Shown: positions 1-9,392 of the stretch, piece by piece
Layout of the letters: each line of letters opens with the position of its first letter
How positions within the stretch are numbered: position 1 is the stretch's first letter
Origin: Acinetobacter phage vB_AbaSI_3
Length of the DNA stretch: 64,000 nucleotides
Sequence record: PQ382034.1
Strand: one strand, 5' to 3'
Position numbers and translations under genes: made by a program
Notes under the pieces: generated by a model
The model's input: only the letters and a program-made list of their open reading frames with translations
Databases searched by the model: none
Told to the model about the DNA's origin: nothing

Positions 1-1
1 G

Positions 2-2209
2 TTATACTCCTAATGTTTTGATGATGTCATCTGCGATATCGTCACAGATGCCATACGAAGTTTTCAAAATATAGCTGACCATTGGGTGTTTCTTAACAAG
101 GTCTTCTCTAAATTTCTCAAATACTTCTTTTGCTGCATCCATGTTATTATAGTATGAGTTAAGAGATTTGATAAATTCACTTTGTGCCGGAGTTTCATAA
201 TTAACTCGAATATTCCGAGCAAGTTGAATGGTATTGTTGAATTCAATGAATTCTGGAGTATATGCACCTCCTATGGATCCATAAATCTTATGTAGTTTTT
301 TATTACTAAGTAGGTTATCGTGAATCTTGACACCTGTAGAAACATAACAGTATTCATCTACATTAAAATTATCAACTAGTTTTGTGACATTAGCAAAAAT
401 AAATTCAATCATGCATCTCAAATTTTTATTTGCTAGGACTCGTTTATAGATTGCAGGGCGAACAATATAATACTCACTTACTGCAAACGTTTTTGCCAGT
501 GTCTTGATTCGATGAAGATCCACTCCATCTACAAACTTAAATTCTGCACTCAACGATGTAGGATCGTTGTTATAACTACCTATGCACAGCCCGGATAGTT
601 CAGCAATTTCAGTAGAGGTCAAGTACAAATCTTCAGTCTTATAACGTTTAGTGGCATGGTCAAATTTAACAAGTGACGCATTCGGCGAAGCTGGGCGTTT
701 TTCTCGTGGCGTCTTAGGTCTGTTGGCTTTAGCATTTTCTTCCAATTCTTTACGAATAGGCTCAAGCTCAGAAGTAGTCAAGACTTGCACCGTATCACCT
801 TCATAGATGTCTTTAAACACATCGATAAGCTCTATTTCGCCTGGAATATCCTTACGAACTACAATAATTTCAGTGGATGTTTTAGGATATTTTGCATTAG
901 ACGACATCGCAATGGCTCTAATAGTATCCTTAAGTTTCTTAATGGTAAGCCCTTCATCTACTAGAAAAGTTATTTCTGGACGAGAATATTCGACCAATTC
1001 AGAAAGACGGACTTCTGATACTTTGAAACGGCGCCAAACAGAAATATTGTCAACAACTTTTTTAATTTTTGGCGTATATGGGTCTACTGTGTATACTCGT
1101 GCACGGCTTAACATGTTTGTTAATTTTAATGAATTTACCACTTTTACCGAAGAGTAAAGTTTATCGGTATCCATGCCACCTAAAAATTCAATTTTGTCAC
1201 GTTCAATTGCTTGGAACTTTGCTGAAGGCAATTTGTTTAATGCACGAACCAATGGGCGAGCATATTGAATTTTGCGCAAATCATTTAAGTCTTTTTCCAT
1301 CAGGTCATTATTAAGCTTGTTGACCTTTGCACAAATATTTTTGACAGTGAACTCATCCATCTGCAATTGTTCACGTGAAGGTTGCGGCATCAATTCGTTA
1401 ATGTCAAAATGTACATAAACAACAGATGCAGTAGCACGAAGCCATGAGCATTTCATGCCAGGTGTACCATCGAGTGGATAAACAATATTGCCACAAATCG
1501 CATATACTCCTGGTGGATTTGTGTATTGATTTGATGAAGTCAGGAACATTTCAGGATATTGTGTATATGTTTCGTAGTCACACAAGTGTTTAATATCTAA
1601 CGAAGTGCCACGAATTTCAAATGTTGCCGGATCAAATGGCGTCAATATGTATCGGAGTTCAATGTGCCAAATGTCAATATCATCTAATTTAACTGGAACC
1701 GTTACTTCAATGCCGTTTCGATCGCCATCTTCAAATGGTCCTTCAAAAACTTTCATTAATTGAGGTTCGCCATTCGATAAGGCTGCAGTATAAATTCGAA
1801 CTACGCCTTCATGGTATGATGTTACATTAAACGTATCAGTATATGAGAATGGAGATTTAGCACCTAAGCCGAACCCGCCGATCTGATTACCATCTTCAGT
1901 TTTGAGAGACTTAAAGTATTGAGTATAAATTGTAATCATGTCATCATGGCTTAACCCAGGACCAAAATCTCGTACCACAAATCTTGGATCAAGTTCACTT
2001 GGAGCCTTAATGATGAATTTTTCGGACGAATTGACTAAGCGATGCGCATCTAATGCGTTACAAATTACTTCACGAACTACTGCACGAATTTTATTTTTAT
2101 AGATGCCACTTGACAAAATTTGAAAGGCTTTTGCCGATGTGCTGATAGTAAATGTGTGTGCATCAGAGCTATTACCAAGAATTTTTTCATGTTGTTCATT
2201 GAATTTCAT
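2..2209 (-). CDS. rIIA: rIIA protein; N-terminal GHKL/Bergerat-fold ATPase domain; complete (TAA at 2-4)
   Basis: 735 aa. N-terminus aligns with T4 rIIA (ILGN.S, KIRAVVRE, FIIxxP..LDPRFV.RDFGPG, GGFGLG.KSPFSYTDTF.TSYH). GHKL motifs ExxxNAxDA, DxGxG, GxxGxG present. Position and orientation match T4. Confidence 0.9.
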   Translation of the reverse strand: MKFNEQHEKILGNSSDAHTFTISTSAKAFQILSSGIYKNKIRAVVREVICNALDAHRLVNSSEKFIIKAPSELDPRFVVRDFGPGLSHDDMITIYTQYFKSLKTEDGNQIGGFGLGAKSPFSYTDTFNVTSYHEGVVRIYTAALSNGEPQLMKVFEGPFEDGDRNGIEVTVPVKLDDIDIWHIELRYILTPFDPATFEIRGTSLDIKHLCDYETYTQYPEMFLTSSNQYTNPPGVYAICGNIVYPLDGTPGMKCSWLRATASVVYVHFDINELMPQPSREQLQMDEFTVKNICAKVNKLNNDLMEKDLNDLRKIQYARPLVRALNKLPSAKFQAIERDKIEFLGGMDTDKLYSSVKVVNSLKLTNMLSRARVYTVDPYTPKIKKVVDNISVWRRFKVSEVRLSELVEYSRPEITFLVDEGLTIKKLKDTIRAIAMSSNAKYPKTSTEIIVVRKDIPGEIELIDVFKDIYEGDTVQVLTTSELEPIRKELEENAKANRPKTPREKRPASPNASLVKFDHATKRYKTEDLYLTSTEIAELSGLCIGSYNNDPTSLSAEFKFVDGVDLHRIKTLAKTFAVSEYYIVRPAIYKRVLANKNLRCMIEFIFANVTKLVDNFNVDEYCYVSTGVKIHDNLLSNKKLHKIYGSIGGAYTPEFIEFNNTIQLARNIRVNYETPAQSEFIKSLNSYYNNMDAAKEVFEKFREDLVKKHPMVSYILKTSYGICDDIADDIIKTLGV

Positions 2210-2228
2210 TTCAGTTTTCGCCTATAAA

Positions 2229-2429
2229 TTAAAGTACATGTTCATATTGTTTCAATAATTCGACTGAACGACGAATATCTTCATCCGTGTGAACTTCTGC
2301 ATCAATGCGTGCAGCCATTTCTAAATTTAAATTGCGATCAATTGCAGCTTGATGCTCATCAAAGAATCGTTCTTGCGCATGGTGATGATGATCAATTGCA
2401 GTACGTAATTTAATAATATCGATTTTCAT
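2229..2429 (-). CDS. small protein at the rIIA.1 position
   Basis: 66-aa ORF immediately upstream of rIIA on the same strand, as in T4. His-rich. Not recognised by sequence. Confidence 0.4.
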   Translation of the reverse strand: MKIDIIKLRTAIDHHHHAQERFFDEHQAAIDRNLNLEMAARIDAEVHTDEDIRRSVELLKQYEHVL

Positions 2430-2525
2430 TTCAATTTCCTCATCATGATATTTGATTTGATATGACTATTATACCAACAAATTATAGCAAAGTAAACAGT
2501 TTATTCAAAAAGTTTAGATAAAATT

Positions 2526-2547
2526 AAAGGACCCGTAGGTCCTTTTT
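2526..2547 (-). terminator. terminator hairpin
   Basis: AAAGGACC-CGTA-GGTCCTTTTT, followed by a T-run. Confidence 0.5.
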
Positions 2548-2645
2548 GTATTTTTCTTTACGTTCGTATTTTGAACGATCTTTAACAACCTGCATTTTGA
2601 ATGCAGGTGTTCTTACAGCTTTTGCGATCGGATTACGTTTACCTT

Positions 2646-2885
2646 TCATTTTTTCTCCGTGTATGATCTAAATAATCGATATGGGTACAAAATCGCAATG
2701 AGCGAATAAATTAACAAGTGAACTACTAACAGTGCTATCAATCCAACGACTGGCATTTGACAAATAAAATCAGTCTTGTTTGGTCCAAATTTATGATCAT
2801 GATCACCTTCTTCGACATAGGTGCTCCATTTAAATGTGCCGTTTAAATTTGTTTTGATAATATTGAGTAACTTCTTCATTTCCAT
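2646..2885 (-). CDS. hypothetical membrane protein
   Basis: 79 aa with a C-terminal hydrophobic helix. ATGA overlap with the upstream gene stop is possible at 2879. Confidence 0.35.
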   Translation of the reverse strand: MEMKKLLNIIKTNLNGTFKWSTYVEEGDHDHKFGPNKTDFICQMPVVGLIALLVVHLLIYSLIAILYPYRLFRSYTEKK

Positions 2886-4144
2886 AACTCCAAATATTTA
2901 TTCTCTAGATCTTCCGGTACAAAGAAATGGCTTGCAAAAAATGCGTCCATACCTGTAACAAGATTTCGATCTTCTCGAATAGACATACCACATGCTTTGT
3001 CGCCAATTATCCATGAACCTATGATAGGATAATAACCATCATGTGGTTGAATATCATGCCATTGTTGATACATATAGCCCCAGTGATCATATTCAGGCAC
3101 TTTGTGCGATCCGGGTGCTAAATGGCTAAGCTCTTCGCCTGAACAAAATTGTGAACGATAAATATTTGAACCTTCACGTCCATGAATTGCTTTCTTAGCA
3201 TACCGTCCAGATTTCGGACGATGGTTCCCATCAAAGCTTGCTAATAAGTTAGGATGATTAGGGAACATTTGCCATAATTTAACAAGCATGGCTTTGTTTG
3301 AAAGTAACATTTTCCATGCAGGTTCCATCCATCGTGTATTAGTGCAATCAAGAATGTCAGATCCAAATTTCTCTTCAGTCATCCATTCCCAAGGATAAAG
3401 TTTAAAACAATTTTTGATCTCTTGGTCTTGAAGATCAATGAACGATTTAGTTTCTGGACCAGTGCCAATACGTTCTTTCAAAAGGCCAATGTCTTGCATT
3501 TGCAGTTCTTTGACTGATAATCCTGCTCGAAGTGCAGAATCCATCAAATAAACTAAATTGCCAAAGTCTTCATGGCGGAATCCACCACTTGATGCAAAAT
3601 GAACTAATTCGCCAGGTTTAAATCGAGATTGCCATACTTCTTGAAGAGTTTCATCAATAAGATTATATTGAATGCGCAGATCGTCAGGATAATCTCTTCC
3701 ATCAGGAAGTTTCTTCATACCTTCGATATAATTCCATTGTGCAACAGAACACTCAAGAATTGAAACTGGCGTATCGCCATTGTACTCAAACATTTTCAAT
3801 GAATTGTCCGAGCCAAATGCAAGGTCAAAACGTCCATATAATGATTTGTCGCCACGTTTCCATGATTGTTCAATTAATGGAATTGAATTTTCATCCAAGT
3901 TGAAGTATTCAGGGTAATCTCCAGACGTGACCATTTGCTCTACCATTGCACATGACATATCATGAAGTTCTTGTGTTGCGGCTTGAATGCGATCAATTTC
4001 ACTTTCTGACATACCATACACTACACCTTCTTGCCAATACGGTGCACCTTCAGGACCGGATGGAGCATTCCAATAGTTGAAGCCGATTCCCTCTAAAAGC
4101 TCAACATGATTAGGGCGAATTTCGAAATTAGTATGTCGTTTCAT
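2876..4144 (-). CDS. glutathionylspermidine synthetase family protein (YgiC/YjfC-like ATP-grasp amide ligase)
   Basis: 422 aa. Blocks recalled from E. coli YgiC: FKLYPWE.M, EPAWK...SNKA, LW.MFPNHPNLL, IGSW..GD...G.GIREDR. Start context fine. Confidence 0.85.
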   Translation of the reverse strand: MKRHTNFEIRPNHVELLEGIGFNYWNAPSGPEGAPYWQEGVVYGMSESEIDRIQAATQELHDMSCAMVEQMVTSGDYPEYFNLDENSIPLIEQSWKRGDKSLYGRFDLAFGSDNSLKMFEYNGDTPVSILECSVAQWNYIEGMKKLPDGRDYPDDLRIQYNLIDETLQEVWQSRFKPGELVHFASSGGFRHEDFGNLVYLMDSALRAGLSVKELQMQDIGLLKERIGTGPETKSFIDLQDQEIKNCFKLYPWEWMTEEKFGSDILDCTNTRWMEPAWKMLLSNKAMLVKLWQMFPNHPNLLASFDGNHRPKSGRYAKKAIHGREGSNIYRSQFCSGEELSHLAPGSHKVPEYDHWGYMYQQWHDIQPHDGYYPIIGSWIIGDKACGMSIREDRNLVTGMDAFFASHFFVPEDLENKYLELWK

Positions 4145-4207
4145 ATTTTCACTCAGGTTGTAGTGTATAGAAGTATTTTAAACAATATTATTAGCGATGT
4201 AAACTGT

Positions 4208-4492
4208 TTATCTAAATTTAGTATATTCGCAACGATGTTGAGGGATTTTCATATAACGATCGGCTAATGTTAAACTAACATATGTGCCATCAGAATACCA
4301 TGTAATAGAACTATCGTTACCTGTATATGTAACAATTGAATCGCCTAAAAGTGATAAACATTTGAGCGTAACTGTGCCAGCAGGCGTATATCCCTGATTT
4401 GCCTTTGGGCGTTGCATTACAAAAATGCTCAATGCGATAACAATTCCAACAATTAAACAGAATATCATCTGTCTATTATTTAACTTACTCAT
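4208..4492 (-). CDS. hypothetical exported/membrane protein
   Basis: 94 aa with an N-terminal hydrophobic segment after a basic N-terminus. Confidence 0.4.
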   Translation of the reverse strand: MSKLNNRQMIFCLIVGIVIALSIFVMQRPKANQGYTPAGTVTLKCLSLLGDSIVTYTGNDSSITWYSDGTYVSLTLADRYMKIPQHRCEYTKFR

Positions 4493-4504
4493 AAAACCTC
4501 CAAA

Positions 4505-4521
4505 TGGGACCGAAGTCCCAA
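4505..4521 (-). terminator. terminator hairpin
   Basis: TGGGAC-CGAAG-TCCCA. A UUCG loop forms on the coding strand. Confidence 0.45.
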
Positions 4522-4526
4522 ATTAA

Positions 4527-5063
4527 TTAACCACCAGAAGATACAGCACCACCAAAACCACCACGAGACACTGAAGTACTACGTGAGACTGATGTGCTTC
4601 GAGATGTGGCGGCTCGAGCAGATACGGCACGAGATTCTGATGCACGATATGAATTTAAAGTACTACGAGCTGGTGGAACATATGCACTTGAGCCCATTGA
4701 ACGTTGTCGTTCTTTATACGAATTATATGAGCCATTAGACAACATATTGCCAAGCATCATACCCATGGCACCTGCCATTAGCATATCCATACCAGAGAAC
4801 CCAGAATCTGATGCAGCTTTAGATGCGGCAGCAGGATCAGTTTTATGGAGTTCAAGTAATTTTACCCAATCTTCATATGTGCCAGTATAACCTTTTGATT
4901 TAGCTTCTTCATATGATTTGTTAAGTGTATCTGCGACTTGAACAAATGCACCTTCAGGAGTTTGTGCCACACTTTCTGTCACAGCAACAGAATCATCTTT
5001 TGTACATCCGGCTAAAACGAAAGCCGGGACAATAAGCATTGCAATAGATTTTTTAAGTTTCAT
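4527..5063 (-). CDS. putative lipoprotein with Ser/Arg/Gly-rich low-complexity C-terminus
   Basis: Signal peptide plus lipobox (VLAGC). C-terminal SRSTSVSR repeats and a GG-rich tail. Confidence 0.6.
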   Translation of the reverse strand: MKLKKSIAMLIVPAFVLAGCTKDDSVAVTESVAQTPEGAFVQVADTLNKSYEEAKSKGYTGTYEDWVKLLELHKTDPAAASKAASDSGFSGMDMLMAGAMGMMLGNMLSNGSYNSYKERQRSMGSSAYVPPARSTLNSYRASESRAVSARAATSRSTSVSRSTSVSRGGFGGAVSSGG

Positions 5064-5166
5064 AAGTTTGCCTTAGTTGAAATAAACAATTAAACCGCAA
5101 GCCATAATAATTATTCCTATAAGGAATCCAGATGACCAGTTATACTCTGGAAACATAGTATCTCCA

Positions 5167-5508
5167 TTAAATATCAATGTTTGAGTACTGTGCAATGATT
5201 GCAAGTCCTACAGAAATGAAGACCAATCCAACCCAAGCTCCAACATCTAAGTTTTGATTAAGCATTGCTTTAGCTAGAAATGCGGTGGCAATGGCTCCAA
5301 GGCCTGACCACATGACATATAAAATTCCAGCTTGCATATATTTCAATGCAATAACACAAGCAATAAATGATCCGGCATATAATGCAGCACCAATCATCAA
5401 AGGTACAATATTATTAAATCCATCTGCCTTAGCCATATAAATCGTTGAGACAACGTCGGTTACAATGGCAACAAGTAACCATACTACTCCCAACTGAACT
5501 GGCGTCAT
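5167..5508 (-). CDS. SMR-family small multidrug/guanidinium/polyamine efflux protein (EmrE/SugE/MdtIJ-like)
   Basis: 113 aa with four predicted TM helices. Aligns to EmrE: TM1 acidic residue (VTDVVST vs AEVIGTT) and the conserved YxxWSGxG block (YVMWSGLG). Confidence 0.8.
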   Translation of the reverse strand: MTPVQLGVVWLLVAIVTDVVSTIYMAKADGFNNIVPLMIGAALYAGSFIACVIALKYMQAGILYVMWSGLGAIATAFLAKAMLNQNLDVGAWVGLVFISVGLAIIAQYSNIDI

Positions 5509-5864
5509 GCCAGTTCACCTAAAACAGTATATGCTTCGTTAAGCCAGTCTTCACGAGTGATATTGCCATCATCAGGTGCAATTGCAGTAGTGAACAATTT
5601 AATAACTTTCCATGTACGATCAGAATAATACGTGTTAGCCCATTCAGAAAATAAGCATGTATACTCATCAGCATCCTTTCGAATACCGAAAATACGTCGT
5701 AGTGTGCAAGCTTCTCGCTCTTCTCCCCATTCATCCTTTGACCAACCTAGAGTTTTGCCAATAACACAAGTGTTATATTCACCCATGCCAAATACGGTAT
5801 TTTCTGGCAATTGTTTCACTGCTTCGATTGTACGGAGAAGGCCTGTAGTTAAATTGATCTTCAT
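5505..5864 (-). CDS. hypothetical protein
   Basis: 119 aa. Start overlaps the downstream SMR gene start by 4 nt, suggesting translational coupling. Confidence 0.45.
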   Translation of the reverse strand: MKINLTTGLLRTIEAVKQLPENTVFGMGEYNTCVIGKTLGWSKDEWGEEREACTLRRIFGIRKDADEYTCLFSEWANTYYSDRTWKVIKLFTTAIAPDDGNITREDWLNEAYTVLGELA

Positions 5865-5938
5865 ATTAATTTACTCATTTGATTTAAGATAGAACCATTA
5901 TAACAACGGTTCTATCTCATGTAAACATTAAAAATGAA

Positions 5939-6958
5939 TTATTTTTGGATTAAATCCAACCAAATTTCTCGAATTTCAGTGGTAACAATTTTCTGCAATT
6001 CTGCTTTGAATTTTGAAGGTTGCTGAGCTGCATTCAAAGTAAGACCTTCACGTTCGGCTTCTTCAAAAATATCTTTCATTGTAAGACCCATTACTTTGCC
6101 AAAGTCTTTAGTTGTCACTTCACCAATGTGAGAAACAACATTCGAGATACGAGCTTTAGTAACATATTCACTGAATTTGCTCAAGAGTTCTAAGTCTTCA
6201 GGCGGTAACGGAGTAGGGATTTTAGGAAGTTTTGATTTGCCTTTTTCTTTAAACTTGTCAGTTTTATATTTGATCGCAAGGCGAGATCCACCACGCAAGA
6301 ACATTGGACTATTTGGCTTGATGACAAGGCCTTCTGCAACATTATCTTTAGGAGCAGGTTGTGGGTGAACGCTATACATATTTTCCCATGTCAATGATGG
6401 TACGATAGAATCGAATTCAACAGGTAATTTCAAAAGTTGTTCAAGTGTACCACGAGCAATTAATGGAGCGATTTTCAATCCACGATAATCGCAGAATTCT
6501 TGAACTTTATCATCAGCCCACCATCCATGTGAAAACCCTGCATCTGGTGCATCCATATAGATGTCAAATACATAGAATGATTTAGGGCCATAATCAACTT
6601 CTTTCTGGATTCCTTCACCTGCATATTCACCAAAGATTTGCATACTTTTGAATGAAGGCACGTTAGCAACAAGATCACTTTGAATTGCTTCAAATACGTC
6701 AATCAAGTCTTTCATTAGATCTTCATATCCGAAGAATTTTTCAGTTTCACCAATGAATCCTGAACGTTTTGCAGGTTTGATAGAGTCCGCTGTAATGACA
6801 ACCGAGAAGTTTGTGCCGTGAATTTTTTCACGAGCTACAAATTCTGTGTTGACTGAACCTTCACCTAGTGCAATAGCATCAAAACATTGGCGAATGAATT
6901 TATCGTTAGTGTGGTTTTCAAGGCTTGAATATTTAATGAAAGACATATTGTTCTCCAA
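5939..6958 (-). CDS. rnlB: RNA ligase 2 (Rnl2, T4 gp24.1-like)
   Basis: 339 aa. Near-colinear with T4 Rnl2: KYSSLENH, VAREKIHGTNFS (KxHGxN nucleotidyl-transfer motif), FGE.AG.GIQK.VDY, FYVFDI, KDFGKVMGLT. Confidence 0.9.
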   Translation of the reverse strand: MENNMSFIKYSSLENHTNDKFIRQCFDAIALGEGSVNTEFVAREKIHGTNFSVVITADSIKPAKRSGFIGETEKFFGYEDLMKDLIDVFEAIQSDLVANVPSFKSMQIFGEYAGEGIQKEVDYGPKSFYVFDIYMDAPDAGFSHGWWADDKVQEFCDYRGLKIAPLIARGTLEQLLKLPVEFDSIVPSLTWENMYSVHPQPAPKDNVAEGLVIKPNSPMFLRGGSRLAIKYKTDKFKEKGKSKLPKIPTPLPPEDLELLSKFSEYVTKARISNVVSHIGEVTTKDFGKVMGLTMKDIFEEAEREGLTLNAAQQPSKFKAELQKIVTTEIREIWLDLIQK

Positions 6959-6971
6959 AGTATTGGGATTA

Positions 6972-7166
6972 TTAAAGTACTGCGATTGAACGGCTGATTA
7001 AAATAGGACCTACTTTTTTAGGTGTAAGGAAATCGGAATTTGCGAGTTTTTCGAGATATAGAGTTTCCTGTTCTTTAGAAACAATTACAATATCGATAGT
7101 TTCTTGGTGGACTGCAATGTGTCCTGATTCCATGTTTGTTGCTACAACTTCAACCAAGATTTTCAT
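6972..7166 (-). CDS. hypothetical protein
   Basis: 64-aa ORF in the coding chain, coupled (ATGA) to the upstream gene. Confidence 0.35.
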   Translation of the reverse strand: MKILVEVVATNMESGHIAVHQETIDIVIVSKEQETLYLEKLANSDFLTPKKVGPILISRSIAVL

Positions 7167-7522
7167 TCTACTGCTCCAAAAATTGCGGATACTTTTCCAT
7201 CAGAATAGGTATGTAAAATTACTCTGATTCCTGCTAAGCGATTATTTTCTAGAGTGGTTAGATTTGCATCCGAAAGGTGCATGTGTTTAAAAATTCCTTC
7301 ATCAGATGCTTCATCAATTTCACACACTATAAGAGGATTTTTTGCATATCGTTTAATAGATACTTCATCATAATCTAAATCAAGATTTAGCAACTCGTTA
7401 TATGTAGGGAAGCGTTTACGTGCTTCGATGATTAGTTTACGTTCATTAGGTGTCTTTGCCATATTTGCGGCATCGTTAAAGACTTTGACTAAATTGTTGT
7501 AAATCGTTGCAGTGAGTTTCAT
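7163..7522 (-). CDS. hypothetical protein (start trimmed to the ATG at 7522)
   Basis: The ORF-track start at 7600 would overlap gene 39 by 56 nt. The internal ATG at 7522 has a GGAG Shine-Dalgarno 8 nt upstream and begins just past the gene 39 stop. Confidence 0.45.
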   Translation of the reverse strand: MKLTATIYNNLVKVFNDAANMAKTPNERKLIIEARKRFPTYNELLNLDLDYDEVSIKRYAKNPLIVCEIDEASDEGIFKHMHLSDANLTTLENNRLAGIRVILHTYSDGKVSAIFGAVE

Positions 7523-7544
7523 TTCTTTCTCCAAAGGAGTCAGC

Positions 7545-9362
7545 TTACGCTGACATCCAATCTTTACGAAGTTGTGCATCATTACCAAATAGCATTTCAA
7601 ATTGTGCCTTCCAATTTTCAGGAAGTTTAACTACATCGAAATGTGGTTCACGAATAACTTTTTCATACTCTTCCATCTCCAAGCTTCCGAGACCCTTGAT
7701 GTAACGGAAACTATAGCCTTTAAGATTAGGTTTGTCTGCTTCATATTCATCAATTGTGTAGTACCATTTTTGGTCTTTGCCTTTCTGACAAATTGCAACA
7801 GGAGTTTTGACAAACTTGATTCGTCCTTGTTCAAACAATTCAGGCCAATTACTAAAGAATGCTAATAACGATGGATAGATCGAGCCAGTCCCGTCGACAT
7901 CGGCATCCGTCATAATTGCAATATTTCGATAATTTAGATTTTCTGCAGGTTCACCAATAGTTAATCCAGTGATTGCACAAATATCGAAAATTTCTTTGTT
8001 CTTGAGCATTTCTGCAGGTGTCATACCCCATGTATTCATTACTTTACCGCGTAATGGATAACCGCCATGAAGTTCACGATCACGAGTTGAAATTAAATAA
8101 CCAATCGCAGAATCACCTTCTGTTAAAAATAATGTTGTCTCAACTGTGTCATCACCGTATTTGTTAGCTTTAATATGTTTTGCAACTTTTGCCTTTGCAG
8201 CTTTCTTTGCAGCACGAGTGTTTGCAGCCTTTTCGGCAGCTAATAACTTTGCAAGAACTGCTTCAATGATAGGCATCAAAATAGATTCATTTGCAATAAG
8301 CATCCGAGACAATTTCTTGATGTCAATATCAATATGAGCTTTCACTTCACCCCATGGAGAAGTTAATCGTTCTTTTGTTTGTGAGTCAAATCGCATGTTT
8401 GGCATGTTCTTAATGAATAATAACATTGTCAAACATTCTTTGATACGTGCTTTATTGACTTCAACTTTATGGCGTCGTTTGATTTGCGGAATCAATTCAT
8501 TTGCCAATTCATCGATCACATAATCAATATGAGAACCACCAACCTTTGTGTGGATTGCATTGACAAATGACAGGTGTCTGAATCCATCATCTGAACGCCC
8601 AATAGCTAATTGAACGTTGTCCGTTTCCATGATGATTGCGTCTTCATCATACATTTTAGCGTATTTTTTGAAGTTTCCAAGTACTCGAACATTGTTGAAT
8701 TTGAATTGGATGTCTGGGTAAATAACTGCTAAGATTTGTAGACGATCCTCTACAATTTGTTCGATCGTGCTATCTATACCATCACAATCAAGCAATGAGA
8801 AATCCGGTACAAATGATACTTCAGTACCTTGTTTTCCACCTGCTTTTGTTTTCCAATCAATGTTTGACATGTTGTCTGAACATTTAACAACGATAGTATT
8901 TTCACCGTCACATGTTGTACCAATGAATTCTTTAGAGAAAATATTCGTTAATGAACTACCAACACCATTGAGACCTGCAGTTTTACGAGTTGCATCATCG
9001 CCAAAGTTGCCTCCGGCTTTAGTTCGAGTCCAACAAGCTACAGCACCAGGTAGTTGAGTGCCTTCTGGGGTAGTAATCATTGCCTGCGGAATACCACGAC
9101 CATTGTCTTTAACTGTAATTTGATTGCCTGAAATTTTGACTTCAATTTTATTTGCAAATGCAAAATCAGTTCGAATTGCTTCATCTAATGAATTATCAAT
9201 AATCTCATCAATAATTTTGACTAAAGCCGGAACATATTTAAGTGTTTGAAATTTGCCAAACAAAAACCGATCATGGTTTTCTGATGTTGTAGAACCAACA
9301 TACATGCCTGGACGCTTTAACACATGTTCACGATCAGATAACATTTTAATTTCAGTGCTCAT
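7545..9362 (-). CDS. 39: DNA topoisomerase II large subunit gp39 (GyrB-like ATPase + Toprim), fused 39+60 form
   Basis: 605 aa. LSDREHVLKRPGMYVGS, GHKL and Toprim blocks, and the Ala/Lys-rich linker typical of phage gp39. The length matches the fused form found where gene 60 is not separate. Confidence 0.95.
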   Translation of the reverse strand: MSTEIKMLSDREHVLKRPGMYVGSTTSENHDRFLFGKFQTLKYVPALVKIIDEIIDNSLDEAIRTDFAFANKIEVKISGNQITVKDNGRGIPQAMITTPEGTQLPGAVACWTRTKAGGNFGDDATRKTAGLNGVGSSLTNIFSKEFIGTTCDGENTIVVKCSDNMSNIDWKTKAGGKQGTEVSFVPDFSLLDCDGIDSTIEQIVEDRLQILAVIYPDIQFKFNNVRVLGNFKKYAKMYDEDAIIMETDNVQLAIGRSDDGFRHLSFVNAIHTKVGGSHIDYVIDELANELIPQIKRRHKVEVNKARIKECLTMLLFIKNMPNMRFDSQTKERLTSPWGEVKAHIDIDIKKLSRMLIANESILMPIIEAVLAKLLAAEKAANTRAAKKAAKAKVAKHIKANKYGDDTVETTLFLTEGDSAIGYLISTRDRELHGGYPLRGKVMNTWGMTPAEMLKNKEIFDICAITGLTIGEPAENLNYRNIAIMTDADVDGTGSIYPSLLAFFSNWPELFEQGRIKFVKTPVAICQKGKDQKWYYTIDEYEADKPNLKGYSFRYIKGLGSLEMEEYEKVIREPHFDVVKLPENWKAQFEMLFGNDAQLRKDWMSA

Positions 9363-9392
9363 CGCAACTCCAACGTAATTAGGTTATTGAAA

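Noticed and set aside
2-4. rIIA possibly truncated at the window edge
   Set aside because: Positions 2-4 (tta on the plus strand) give a TAA stop on the minus strand, so the rIIA ORF is complete within the window.
807-1314. Plus-strand ORFs 807-1157 and 1069-1314, and many other plus-strand ORFs in the track (e.g. 4594-4890, 8767-9057, 13340-13546, 23288-23775, 25478-26428, 41401-41913, 49145-49744, 57326-57565, 62983-63644)
   Set aside because: Each lies antisense inside a minus-strand gene with strong homology or good coding context. They are low-complexity and lack ribosome-binding sites. They are artefacts of AT-rich antisense frames.
7523-7600. Track start of ORF 7163-7600 overlapping gene 39 by 56 nt
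   Set aside because: The overlap with a strongly supported gene in another frame is implausible. The internal ATG at 7522 with a GGAG Shine-Dalgarno was preferred.
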